Below are positions 1 through 8,081 of a DNA stretch of 24,307 bases, piece after piece. The stretch lies in NCBI GenBank assembly GCA_045658505.1, contig JAZOUZ010000022.1, forward strand, positions 1-24,307, read 5' to 3'. The DNA comes from Candidatus Onthoplasma sp. Its GTDB lineage: Bacteria; Bacillota; Clostridia; Christensenellales; UBA1242. Below the pieces are notes generated by a model. That model did not search any database. It was given only the letters and a program-made list of their open reading frames with translations, and was not told the origin of the DNA. The translations under genes and the position numbers were made by a program. Positions within the stretch are counted from its first letter, which is position 1, and every line of letters begins with the position of its first letter.

Positions 1-369
1 AATATACCGAATTTTGCTACTTCTCAAGATGTAGAATATCTTCGCGATATGGTAGAGAGAAATCATATATCAATTTTAATTAATAATATCTATGCGTTAG
101 ATTTTGATACTGAGATTTTCATGGGTGGCGGTATGAATGTATATAATTCGTATACATCGTACTTCTTAGGTAGACCTTTTATCGGTGCGGAGAATGGGGA
201 ATTTAAGATGCCCTACATGACGATGAGACATTGTCCAATGAAAGAACATTTAAATGCTGATTGTACTAGATGTCCATATAGAGATGGATACAAATATGTA
301 ATGCAGAACGGTAAAGAATTGGAGCTAAAGAGAGTGAAACTGTCTACTTGTACTTTTTATTTGGAATAA
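1..369 (+). CDS. 3' end of a U32 peptidase-family (DUF3656-containing, RlhA-like) protein; truncated by window start
   Basis: Frame 1 is open from base 1 to TAA at 367-369. GMNVYN...PYMTMRHCP...C..C...R...C.F pattern is typical of long U32 protein C-termini. Confidence 0.6.
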   Translation, partial: NIPNFATSQDVEYLRDMVERNHISILINNIYALDFDTEIFMGGGMNVYNSYTSYFLGRPFIGAENGEFKMPYMTMRHCPMKEHLNADCTRCPYRDGYKYVMQNGKELELKRVKLSTCTFYLE

Positions 370-399
370 GAGATCTTTGATGAGATTTCTTTTTTCTTA

Positions 400-428
400 T
401 TGACTTTTTATATTAAATTAGTTAGTAT
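400..428 (+). promoter_or_regulatory. sigma-A promoter for argS
   Basis: TTGACT (400-405), 17 nt spacer, TAGTAT (423-428), about 20 nt upstream of the ATG. Confidence 0.6.
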
Positions 429-449
429 ATAAATATAAAACGGAAAAAT

Positions 450-2243
450 ATGGATTTATTTAAGAAAGTAAATAAGGATTTATTAAAAATTATCAAAAAA
501 TATGTGAGTGATGTAGAAGATTCTGACAAATATCTAAAGAATGTAAACTTCGTAATTCCGCCATCAGAAACAGACGCCGATTATTCTACCAATGCTGCAA
601 TGGTATTGGCTAAAGCAAAGAGAAAAAGTCCGATCATTATTTCTGAAGAATTGGCCGCTCTTTTTAGATCGGTGGATTACATCAAGAGTGTGGATACTAT
701 TAATGGCTATATCAATATAGTTTTTTTGGAGAAGGTTTGGGAAGACTTCTTGATGGATATTCTATTAGAGGGTGAGAAATATGGCGATGGGGAGAAGAGA
801 GAAAAGGTGTTGTTGGAGTTTATCTCTGCTAACCCTACCGGACCGCTTCATGTTGGACATTGTCGTGGTGCTATACTAGGATTGGCGCTAGCTAATCTGA
901 AGAAAAAAGCGGGCTATGATGTTACTAAAGAGTACTATGTGAATGATTATGGTGTGCAGGTTAATACTCTACTTAAGTCTGTGCAATTCCGTTATGAGCA
1001 AGAGTTTGGTAATTACATAGGCGAGAATGTGCCAGAGGGTTGTTATCCAGGTGATTATTTAGTCAAATATGCTAAAAAACTAGCAAAAGAATCGGGAGAT
1101 AAATACGTAGGACTTAGAGAAGAAGACTTTTATGCGAAACTAAAGAATCAGGTGGTCGAAGCTATGATGGATATTATCCGAGACGATCTAAGATTATTAG
1201 GATTAGAGTTTGATTCGTTCGTATCTGAGACTAAGATCGCAGAGAGTGGAGCTATTGAGCATGCTATTGAGAAATTGTCTAAGAAGAGCAAACAGGTAAT
1301 AGATGACGAAGGCTATAGTCGAGATTTAGGATATGTGTACGAAGGCGTACTTGATGCTCCATTAGGAGGTAAGGACAATGCTGAAGACGAAGATGTGAAT
1401 TCTAGCAAATTGCCACAAACTTTATTTAGATCTACATTATTCGGCGACGATAGAGATCGTGTAATAGTTAGATCTGATGGTAGAACTACATATTTTGCAT
1501 CAGACATTGCGTATCACGAAAATAAGGTAAATCGTGGTTTTAATAATCTAATAAATATATTTGGTGCAGACCATGGCGGATATGTGAAGCGTCTCACTGC
1601 TGCTGTAGATGCTATTTCTGATGGCAAAGCTAGTGTAGATGTGCAATTATGCCAGATGGTCAATCTCGAGAAAAATGGCGTACCATTCAAGATGTCTAAG
1701 AGAAAAGGTACATTCGTATTATTGTCCGACGTGGCTAGAGAAGTGAATGTAAATGAGTTGAAATTATTCATGCTATCTAAGAGTCCTGATACACAAATGA
1801 CATTTGATTTGGTTAAGATTAAAGAAGCAACAAAAGATAATATTGTATATTATATTCAATATGCTTATGCTAGAACTTTCTCTGTATTAAAGAAGTTTAG
1901 TGAAGTGTTTGGATACGAATATAATGTAGATTATATTGATTTCGAGAGACTTTTGAAAGATTGTCCTAAGATTATCAAAGAGATTATAGTATTCTTGGCG
2001 AAGTTCCCTTATATTATTAGATCGTCTGCAGAGAAGAATCTTCCTAATCAAGTAGTGGATTATCTGAATGAGTTGGCTTCGAAATTCCATTCATTATGGG
2101 GCACCAATATCCGTATGGTGAATACAGAAGACGAGAGTGAATCTCGATCCATGATGGCATTTGTATTAGCAGTACAGACTGTAATTCAAAACTCACTAGA
2201 TTGCCTAGGTATAGAAGCAGAGAAAGTAATGACTAAAAATTAA
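450..2243 (+). CDS. argS: Arginine--tRNA ligase
   Basis: EFISANPTGPLHVGH (HIGH motif), GADHGGY, KMSKR (KMSKS equivalent), YIQYAYAR anticodon-domain motif; 597 aa. Confidence 0.98.
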   Translation: MDLFKKVNKDLLKIIKKYVSDVEDSDKYLKNVNFVIPPSETDADYSTNAAMVLAKAKRKSPIIISEELAALFRSVDYIKSVDTINGYINIVFLEKVWEDFLMDILLEGEKYGDGEKREKVLLEFISANPTGPLHVGHCRGAILGLALANLKKKAGYDVTKEYYVNDYGVQVNTLLKSVQFRYEQEFGNYIGENVPEGCYPGDYLVKYAKKLAKESGDKYVGLREEDFYAKLKNQVVEAMMDIIRDDLRLLGLEFDSFVSETKIAESGAIEHAIEKLSKKSKQVIDDEGYSRDLGYVYEGVLDAPLGGKDNAEDEDVNSSKLPQTLFRSTLFGDDRDRVIVRSDGRTTYFASDIAYHENKVNRGFNNLINIFGADHGGYVKRLTAAVDAISDGKASVDVQLCQMVNLEKNGVPFKMSKRKGTFVLLSDVAREVNVNELKLFMLSKSPDTQMTFDLVKIKEATKDNIVYYIQYAYARTFSVLKKFSEVFGYEYNVDYIDFERLLKDCPKIIKEIIVFLAKFPYIIRSSAEKNLPNQVVDYLNELASKFHSLWGTNIRMVNTEDESESRSMMAFVLAVQTVIQNSLDCLGIEAEKVMTKN

Positions 2244-2247
2244 TTAG

Positions 2248-2276
2248 AAAAAATCTGGCATTATGCCAGATTTTTT
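2248..2276. terminator. Bidirectional intrinsic terminator between convergent argS and thioesterase
   Basis: AAAAAATCTGGCA-TTA-TGCCAGATTTTTT perfect inverted repeat with A/T tails. Confidence 0.9.
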
Positions 2277-2974
2277 TAGTATGTTAGTGCTGTGAAGGCT
2301 ATAATATCTCCAATTTTGCCAACTATATATTCGTAGTTGTCGTCGTTAGTATAATGAAGAGATATAATATCGTCGAGTTTACATTCGTTTAAGAAATTTA
2401 TTTCAAAATGAGATATTTTTTTATTATTAATTGTATTCATTACTAAATTTGCATAATTTGTATTGTTCATGTGCTGATTGTGATCTAGATCACTAAATGA
2501 AACTTTGTAACTAGATTTTTCAATTAATTCATTGTTAGGCAAAGATATTTTATTTAGTTTTTCTGAGTAATTTATATCAGACGAAATCTCACATTGATAA
2601 TTTATATTATCTGTTCGTTGAAGTCTTCTATTCACTGTATCAATAACACACCATTTCGATGTTCCGATGATTAGAGTCTCACCATCTTCAGAAAGAACTT
2701 TTAGATCTCTATCTAAATCAACTTTACCTTTCTCGTGAGGCCAAGTTTCTACTATTACAGTTTGATTTATAGAAGGCATTTTGAGTATATCAATCTTTAT
2801 ACGACATAATACCCAATATAGATTTTTACTCAGCATTTTTTGATAACCGACACCTATTTCTTCTGCATGTATAGATGCTACATCTTGAAAGATGCTAAGA
2901 ATAGACTTCATGTTAATACGGTCGAATGAATCAAAATGACTATTGTAAAGTACAATTTTAGTAGAATATTTCAT
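2276..2974 (-). CDS. Acyl-ACP thioesterase (FatA/FatB-like, double hotdog fold)
   Basis: QD.A..HA..IGVG, WVL.R, VETWP, SDLDHNQHMNN..Y catalytic motif. Start placed at ATG 2974 (MKYSTK) because a GGAG Shine-Dalgarno lies at 2981-2984; an extended -10 TG-C-TATAAT lies at 2991-2999. Confidence 0.9.
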   Translation of the reverse strand: MKYSTKIVLYNSHFDSFDRINMKSILSIFQDVASIHAEEIGVGYQKMLSKNLYWVLCRIKIDILKMPSINQTVIVETWPHEKGKVDLDRDLKVLSEDGETLIIGTSKWCVIDTVNRRLQRTDNINYQCEISSDINYSEKLNKISLPNNELIEKSSYKVSFSDLDHNQHMNNTNYANLVMNTINNKKISHFEINFLNECKLDDIISLHYTNDDNYEYIVGKIGDIIAFTALTY

Positions 2975-3114
2975 GTTTATCTCCAAAATAATTATAGCAC
3001 AAATTTTATTAATTTGTATAATTATATTAAAAAAATATTTTGAAAATAAGAAATGGTAATTGTTTAAAAGATTTTTATCTATTATTTTTATTTAAAGTAT
3101 TTAAAATTGTTAAT

Positions 3115-3146
3115 AAAAAAAACGAACCTTAAACGGTTCATTTTTT
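3115..3146. terminator. Terminator-like hairpin in an AT-rich intergenic region
   Basis: A8-C-GAACC-TTAAAC-GGTTC-A-T6. Confidence 0.5.
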
Positions 3147-3302
3147 AATTTGGTTGAACATGAGCCATCTCAGTTGAACCACAAAATTATATATTATTGT
3201 ATAATATATAAAAATATTTAAAAATCTTGATTAATGAGTTTTTTTGATAAAGTTTTAACTTTATTCCAGATAAATTTTGCAACATTAAAGCAAATAGAAT
3301 GC

Positions 3303-3331
3303 TTGAAAATAAATTTGAAATTTGTTATAAT
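3303..3331 (+). promoter_or_regulatory. sigma-A promoter for the GNAT gene (leaderless geometry)
   Basis: TTGAAA (3303-3308), 17 nt, TATAAT (3326-3331) with extended TG; ATG begins 7 nt after the -10; no SD. Confidence 0.75.
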
Positions 3332-3337
3332 GACAAT

Positions 3338-3823
3338 ATGATAATAAGAGAATTTGCAAACAATGATATTGAACAAATAAAAGATTTACTCGTTGAATTA
3401 CAACATTATGTAATTGAGATTGATATATACAATCTTAATATTATTTCTGATTTATATAGAGATAAATATTTTGAGTATATGATAGATGACTTAAAAACTC
3501 AACAAGGTAAAATTTATATAGCGGAAGAAAATGGCGCAATTATAGGTTTTATTGCAGGATATATTCAAACATATGATGAAAGAGACAAGCTGGATTATAC
3601 TTGTCCCAATAAAGGAATTGTTGCAGAACTTATTGTTAGTAAAAATATAAGAAGCAAAGGTACAGGACAATTACTTTTAAATAAACTAGAAGAATATTTT
3701 ACGTCTATTGAGTGTAAATACATTCAAATAGATGTGTTTGCTTACAATGAAATTGGTAAAAATTTTTATTACAAAAATAAATATGAAGATAGAATGATAA
3801 CTTTATTTAAAAAATTAGACTAA
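3338..3823 (+). CDS. GNAT family N-acetyltransferase
   Basis: MIIREF..D start, IYIAEENGAIIGFI, ELIVSKNIRSKGTGQLLL (motif A), N..G.NFYYK..Y. Start moved to 3338 because the longer ORF start overlaps the promoter. Confidence 0.9.
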   Translation: MIIREFANNDIEQIKDLLVELQHYVIEIDIYNLNIISDLYRDKYFEYMIDDLKTQQGKIYIAEENGAIIGFIAGYIQTYDERDKLDYTCPNKGIVAELIVSKNIRSKGTGQLLLNKLEEYFTSIECKYIQIDVFAYNEIGKNFYYKNKYEDRMITLFKKLD

Positions 3824-3854
3824 AAGAACGAACATAATTTTGTTCGTTCTTTTA
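3821..3854 (+). terminator. Intrinsic terminator after GNAT
   Basis: TAAAAGAACGAACA-TAATTT-TGTTCGTTCTTTTA, 14-bp perfect stem. Confidence 0.85.
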
Positions 3855-3895
3855 TGTTTTAAATCAACGAAACGAGTTCGGTCGATAAAAGTATC

Positions 3896-3940
3896 AAAAA
3901 ACTCAGTTGATGCCCTGTTTTGACGGGTGGTTCAACTGAG
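3896..3940 (-). terminator. Hairpin plus U-tract downstream of tRNA-fMet
   Basis: CTCAGTTGA (3902-3910) pairs with TCAACTGAG (3932-3940), inner GCCC/GGGT, followed on the minus strand by T6. Confidence 0.6.
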
Positions 3941-3947
3941 CTCCACT

Positions 3948-4024
3948 TGGTTGCGGGGATTGGATTTGAACCAACGACCTTCGGGTTATGAGCCCGACGA
4001 GCTTCCGAGCTGCTCCACCCCGCG
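3948..4024 (-). tRNA. tRNA-fMet (initiator, anticodon CAT)
   Basis: Minus strand CGCGGGGTGGAGCAGCTCGGAAGCTCGTCGGGCTCATAACCCGAAGGTCGTTGGTTCAAATCCAATCCCCGCAACCA: 77 nt, C1:A72 mismatch, three G-C pairs in the anticodon stem, encoded CCA. Confidence 0.98.
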
Positions 4025-4053
4025 ATATAATATTGATATGTTCAATACTATAT

Positions 4054-4081
4054 ATTATACATATATTTTACCTTTTGTCAA
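4054..4081 (-). promoter_or_regulatory. sigma-A promoter of tRNA-fMet
   Basis: Minus strand TTGACA, 16 nt, TATAAT about 30 nt upstream of the tRNA. Confidence 0.7.
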
Positions 4082-4174
4082 TGAAAATTATAAAAAAGAT
4101 TTATAAATATCTGATTTCTATATATTTGAGTGTGATTTCTGCTTTTTATCCTATAATGAATCTTAAATCTGTTC

Positions 4175-4208
4175 AATAAAAAAATGTGCATTTTGCACAT
4201 TTTTTATT
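4175..4208 (-). terminator. Intrinsic terminator downstream of virD4
   Basis: AATAAAAAAATGTGCA-TTT-TGCACATTTTTTATT inverted repeat. Confidence 0.8.
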
Positions 4209-4251
4209 GTGTCAATAACAACTATATTTTTAAGTACTAGACAATAAATTT

Positions 4252-6258
4252 TTAGAATAAATCATCATCTTCATCATCGTCACCATTTTGTTTAGCCATG
4301 GTGCTATTACGCATTTTGATATCATAGAAGATAGCATCTTCATCTAGCATTCTTTTTTGTTGATATCCTTCTTGCGCTCTAGATAGGTCGTATGCATGTT
4401 TTACTTCGAAGTAAGGTGTTACAGTAGTTTTTAGAGCGGCATTTGGAGTAAATGATTTGATTATAATTTGTTTCTTATCTCTAAATGACATTAATTCATG
4501 TGGATAAGCAATAGGAATTGATTTGGTCACTTTTGAGTAAGATTTTGACTCTTTGCCATCTGGTCCAACGCTTTTGTTCTCATTTTCTTCTACAATGGTT
4601 TTATTACCTAATAGTTCACTAAATTCTTTATTGGTAATGGTGTCTTCTGATGCAATATATACTTGAATAGGGCAGTTATCTTTGATGATCTTACCTTCGT
4701 CTTGACCATATACTTGGTATAATTGGCTATATGATTGTACACAGAGTTCGAAGAATATACCACGAGAACGACCTACCGCCATAGTAGAGCCAAATTCAGG
4801 AAATTTAGGCATATTACCAAATTCGTCTAGCATGAAGTATACATTTCTGTGTAGTCTTCCGCCGATTGCTTGAGCTTTTTCTACCAATTTCTTATATAAT
4901 TGTGTTACGAACAAGATTGCCAATGGATAACGGGTACGTATTTCATCTGGGATAATTAAGAATATAGCAGTAGGAGTTTCATCCATATTGACGAAATCCA
5001 CTTCTGTACGAGATGTCATAAGGCTGATACCCGAATCACTAAATAGTGATACCATACCAGATACGAAACCCATGTAGTTTTTAGATGTAGTATCTGCATT
5101 TTGTAGTGCAGTAGAGGCTAGATTGCCTACTTTACTGAATTTATCTCTATTTTCGAATAAGTATTTCTTTAGAGTAGCGAATGTATCACGTCCGCTGTCG
5201 GTGGTGTTACATATTTTATATACATTGTAGAAATTATATTTGTCTTCAGTTAGTTTTAATTCTGGGATACGGCTATCTTCTAGCATGGCTAACAATACTG
5301 CTTGGATCAATCTTCTAGCGGTTTTTTCCCAACTTGGATCTTTAGCACTCTCTACTGGTGCTAGAGTAGTACATATATCTTCTAGAGTAGAGAAAGTTTT
5401 GTCTCTTAGGTCTGATGCTATTACTCGCATTTCGCCCTCTAAGACATCTTTGTCTACGAACGCTACACCATTAAATTCATACCAACGAGAATTGTTGAAG
5501 TCAAAAGGTCTTTGTATTTTTAAATTATAATTTTTTGGATTGTCACCAATCGAATGTACGCGAACTTCTTTATCTAAATTGAAACTACGATGATACATTT
5601 GATAAGGATAAGTTAGAGGGTTCCACTGCATGGATTCGGAAGGGTTACGAAGGTTGATTACTTTCACATCATATCCTTCCTTTTTGAATTTATTAGCACA
5701 TTTTTCGTACAATTCGCCTTTGGGGTCAGTGATCACGAATGATGGCTTAGATGCGGTCATACTCATTAATTGTAATGATGGAACAACGAATCTAGAAGTC
5801 TTACCTGATGATGTGGTACCTACGCATAGAGTATGAATTGGCTCTACGAAGTTGATGTCCATATTGCTACCTTTCTCTTCTGCGCGTACAAGGATACCAT
5901 CTTTTTTACATGAGCGTATAGTAGATAATGTGTTGTAATTGAATCCTTTATCTTTCTTGAGATCATCATCTGTTACGAAATCTTTATTGAAGAATTGGCT
6001 TACTTCTTTACCCTGAGCATCTTTTACTTTGTCTACAGCCTTGTCTTTTTTCTTACCTTTACCATCTAATATTTTTAGTAAATCGTATACCAATAGACAG
6101 GCTACAGCGAATGCTCCGATGCCTAGACCTGAATATATGTTAGATAGCGAGAAGAATATCTTACCTGAATTGAAATAACTCAAAGCTACAGTACCTATGA
6201 CTGTGACTAAAATAAATATTAATACATATTTTACTATTGATTTAGCGAACCCTTTCAT
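4252..6258 (-). CDS. virD4: Type IV coupling protein, VirD4/TraG/TcpA-like
   Basis: Two N-terminal TM helices; HTLCVGTTSSGKT (Walker A); FVITDPKGELY; FMLDEFGNMP (Walker B); GRSRGI..ELCVQSYSQL..VYG; T..EFSELLG.KT; acidic C-tail; AAGGAG SD. Confidence 0.92.
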   Translation of the reverse strand: MKGFAKSIVKYVLIFILVTVIGTVALSYFNSGKIFFSLSNIYSGLGIGAFAVACLLVYDLLKILDGKGKKKDKAVDKVKDAQGKEVSQFFNKDFVTDDDLKKDKGFNYNTLSTIRSCKKDGILVRAEEKGSNMDINFVEPIHTLCVGTTSSGKTSRFVVPSLQLMSMTASKPSFVITDPKGELYEKCANKFKKEGYDVKVINLRNPSESMQWNPLTYPYQMYHRSFNLDKEVRVHSIGDNPKNYNLKIQRPFDFNNSRWYEFNGVAFVDKDVLEGEMRVIASDLRDKTFSTLEDICTTLAPVESAKDPSWEKTARRLIQAVLLAMLEDSRIPELKLTEDKYNFYNVYKICNTTDSGRDTFATLKKYLFENRDKFSKVGNLASTALQNADTTSKNYMGFVSGMVSLFSDSGISLMTSRTEVDFVNMDETPTAIFLIIPDEIRTRYPLAILFVTQLYKKLVEKAQAIGGRLHRNVYFMLDEFGNMPKFPEFGSTMAVGRSRGIFFELCVQSYSQLYQVYGQDEGKIIKDNCPIQVYIASEDTITNKEFSELLGNKTIVEENENKSVGPDGKESKSYSKVTKSIPIAYPHELMSFRDKKQIIIKSFTPNAALKTTVTPYFEVKHAYDLSRAQEGYQQKRMLDEDAIFYDIKMRNSTMAKQNGDDDEDDDLF

Positions 6259-6280
6259 ATTTCTCCTTTTTATTACCTTT

Positions 6281-6309
6281 ATTGTAAGTATTTTCCTTCA
6301 TTCAGTCAA
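6281..6309 (-). promoter_or_regulatory. sigma-A promoter of virD4
   Basis: Minus strand TTGACT, 17 nt, TACAAT. Confidence 0.75.
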
Positions 6310-6471
6310 GAAAAATGGTGTAAATATTTTGAAAATGTGAAATTAATAAATATTTTCTGTATTTTTACGAAAGATATTATTGTTCAGAAAAAATATTACA
6401 AAGTAATTATTTTTAATAAAAAGAAAAATCTAGAAAAAAATAAAAAAAATTAAAAAATATGTTGAAATTAG

Positions 6472-6500
6472 TTGATTTTCTGGTTTTAAGTTGTTATCAT
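6472..6500 (+). promoter_or_regulatory. sigma-A promoter of the pilin gene
   Basis: TTGATT, 17 nt, TATCAT with extended TG; preceded by phased A-tracts at about 6419-6457 (UP-element-like). Confidence 0.7.
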
Positions 6501-6554
6501 TAAATCATACAAATGCACAAGGTTTTGATTGTGCTAATTAAAGGGGGAAGATTT

Positions 6555-6851
6555 ATGAGTATGTTTATGGCGGCTGATACAGGTCATGGTTGGTTGAATG
6601 AACTTATCAATGCGGTTATTGGTATTATCAATCCTATTTTGATCGTTGCGGCTATTGCAGGTATTATTTATGCAGTAGTGGTAGGTATTAGATTTGTTAA
6701 GGCTGACGATAAGGGTGCTAGAGATGAAGCTAAGCAAAAGTTGATCTCAGTTATCATTGGTATCGTTGTTACTCTAGTATTGGTAGCTTTATTCTTCTGG
6801 TTGGCTAATGCTATCAGTTCAGGTCTTATCAATCCTGAGAACTGGATCTAG
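6555..6851 (+). CDS. VirB2/TrbC-like pilin (98 aa, two hydrophobic helices)
   Basis: AAGGGGG SD before ATG 6555; helix - RFVKADDKGARDEAKQKLIS loop - helix architecture matches T4SS pilins, as in Mollicute-ICE and Gram-positive pilin-like proteins; context next to VirB6/VirB4. Confidence 0.75.
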   Translation: MSMFMAADTGHGWLNELINAVIGIINPILIVAAIAGIIYAVVVGIRFVKADDKGARDEAKQKLISVIIGIVVTLVLVALFFWLANAISSGLINPENWI

Positions 6852-6859
6852 TTCTATTG

Positions 6860-6889
6860 AAAGAAAAATGTTCAATCATTTTTCTTTTT
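6860..6889 (+). terminator. Intrinsic terminator after the pilin gene
   Basis: AAAGAAAAATG-TTCAAT-CATTTTTCTTT followed by TT. Confidence 0.7.
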
Positions 6890-6917
6890 AATTAAAAAAT
6901 AATTTAAAGGGGATTTT

Positions 6918-7394
6918 ATGAAGAAAAAAATATTTACAGCAGTGTTGACATTAATGTTATGTTTTACAGCTATGTTCACATTATCTGCATGTGGAGAGTC
7001 AGCTCTTTCAATTGCCACTCAAAATAAAACAGAATTTGCATTAAATGCGGATATGAAGACTGCTTTTTCTGGTTGGACATTGACTTATAATCCAGACAGA
7101 CCTTATTATATAGAGAAGAATGAAGATAATATACCTGAAGGCGCAACATATGAAAAAAGTGAAGAGTTAGGTGGCTGGAAAGTTTCGATTGCTACTTACA
7201 CAAATCAAGCAATTATTGACGCTACTACAGGTGCTATAGCGATTCCTGGTTTAAGAATCGTAGGATTTGATACTACTACTGCCACTGCTGATGGAGAGCA
7301 GAGAACTGTTACATTTGTATTACATGGAGAGAGTATTTCTGTAAAGTATACAGTGAAATCAGGTACTCCACCAAAACCGCCACAACAAGGTTAG
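6918..7394 (+). CDS. Lipoprotein with probable bacterial Ig-like (Big_3-like) domain
   Basis: Signal peptide II with lipobox LSA-C25; KTEF...IVGFDTT...RTVTF...SVKYTV resembles the Big_3 pattern; AAAGGGGA SD. Confidence 0.65.
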   Translation: MKKKIFTAVLTLMLCFTAMFTLSACGESALSIATQNKTEFALNADMKTAFSGWTLTYNPDRPYYIEKNEDNIPEGATYEKSEELGGWKVSIATYTNQAIIDATTGAIAIPGLRIVGFDTTTATADGEQRTVTFVLHGESISVKYTVKSGTPPKPPQQG

Positions 7395-7400
7395 AAAAAG

Positions 7401-7423
7401 AAGAGATTAGTCTCTTTTTTTTT
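7401..7423 (+). terminator. Intrinsic terminator
   Basis: AAGAGA-TTAG-TCTCTT followed by a long T tract. Confidence 0.75.
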
Positions 7424-7476
7424 CTTTATTGTGTTTAAGAGCAAAACATATTTTCGTAAGAAAATTGTTTTTTTAT

Positions 7477-7505
7477 TTGACTATTATTTTTCTATTGGGT
7501 ATACT
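7477..7505 (+). promoter_or_regulatory. sigma-A promoter of the second lipoprotein
   Basis: TTGACT, 17 nt, TATACT. Confidence 0.75.
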
Positions 7506-7531
7506 ATTTTTAAGGATAAAAAGGGGGTTTT

Positions 7532-8005
7532 ATGATCAAGAAAATATCAATTATTTGCTTAGTTTTAATGTTTAGTATACTGCCAGTTCTTACACTTTCA
7601 GGTTGTGGATTAAGCGATGGGGCGAAGTTTGAGGTTACTACAGGATATCAACATGCAGATGGAACCTATCAAGTGTCAAAGAATCAAGGAAAGGATTTAG
7701 AATCATTTTTATCACAATGTTTAATTACATTTAAACCAGGTGATTCAAAATATTTTATAGTTAGATCAGAAGAGGCTGCAAAGAATTACAAAGGTCATAC
7801 TTATGAAAAAAAGAGCGAGTATACATATTATGTTTATTATAATGAATACGATAGAAGAGTGTGTAAAGATTTGATGAATAGCACAACAGAAACGGTTAAT
7901 ATAGTAGTTAGTGGTTTTACTCCGTATAAAGAAGGAGATACATCAGGTAATGCGGTATTCTCAATGTATGGAAAAAGTTATACTTTCCGCTTCTATTGGT
8001 TATAA
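7532..8005 (+). CDS. Lipoprotein, diverged paralog of 6918..7394
   Basis: Lipobox LSG-C25; shares spaced motifs with the neighbour (GHTYEK/GATYEK, VSGF/IVGF, FSMYGKS/FVLHGES); AGGGGG SD. Confidence 0.7.
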   Translation: MIKKISIICLVLMFSILPVLTLSGCGLSDGAKFEVTTGYQHADGTYQVSKNQGKDLESFLSQCLITFKPGDSKYFIVRSEEAAKNYKGHTYEKKSEYTYYVYYNEYDRRVCKDLMNSTTETVNIVVSGFTPYKEGDTSGNAVFSMYGKSYTFRFYWL

Positions 8006-8027
8006 AGAGAACATTGTTCTCTTTTTT
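8004..8027 (+). terminator. Intrinsic terminator
   Basis: AAAGAGAAC-ATT-GTTCTCTTT followed by TTT. Confidence 0.8.
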
Positions 8028-8081
8028 CTTTTGAAAATATTTGGTTATTCTTGATCTCACTAAAAAATAGTATTTTAATGC

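Noticed and set aside
3151-3181. Integron attC site (GTTGAAC ends, bulged hairpin)
   Set aside because: Too short, the inverse core is imperfect, and there is no integron integrase or cassette array.
3299-3337. Longer N-termini from the ORF track (3299, 2986, 6513, 9906, 15995, 18120, 21679)
   Set aside because: These extensions overlap promoters or neighbouring genes, or lack an SD. Downstream starts fit the SD or promoter geometry better.
3988-4179. 63-aa ORF MSPTSFRAAPP...
   Set aside because: It overlaps the antisense strand of tRNA-fMet and its promoter; spurious.
6310-6470. Candidate oriT or CodY-like box (AATATTTTGAAAAT, also near 3034) in the divergent promoter region
   Set aside because: No recognisable nic site or supporting inverted repeat. 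The motif has three mismatches to the CodY consensus and is expected by chance in very AT-rich DNA.
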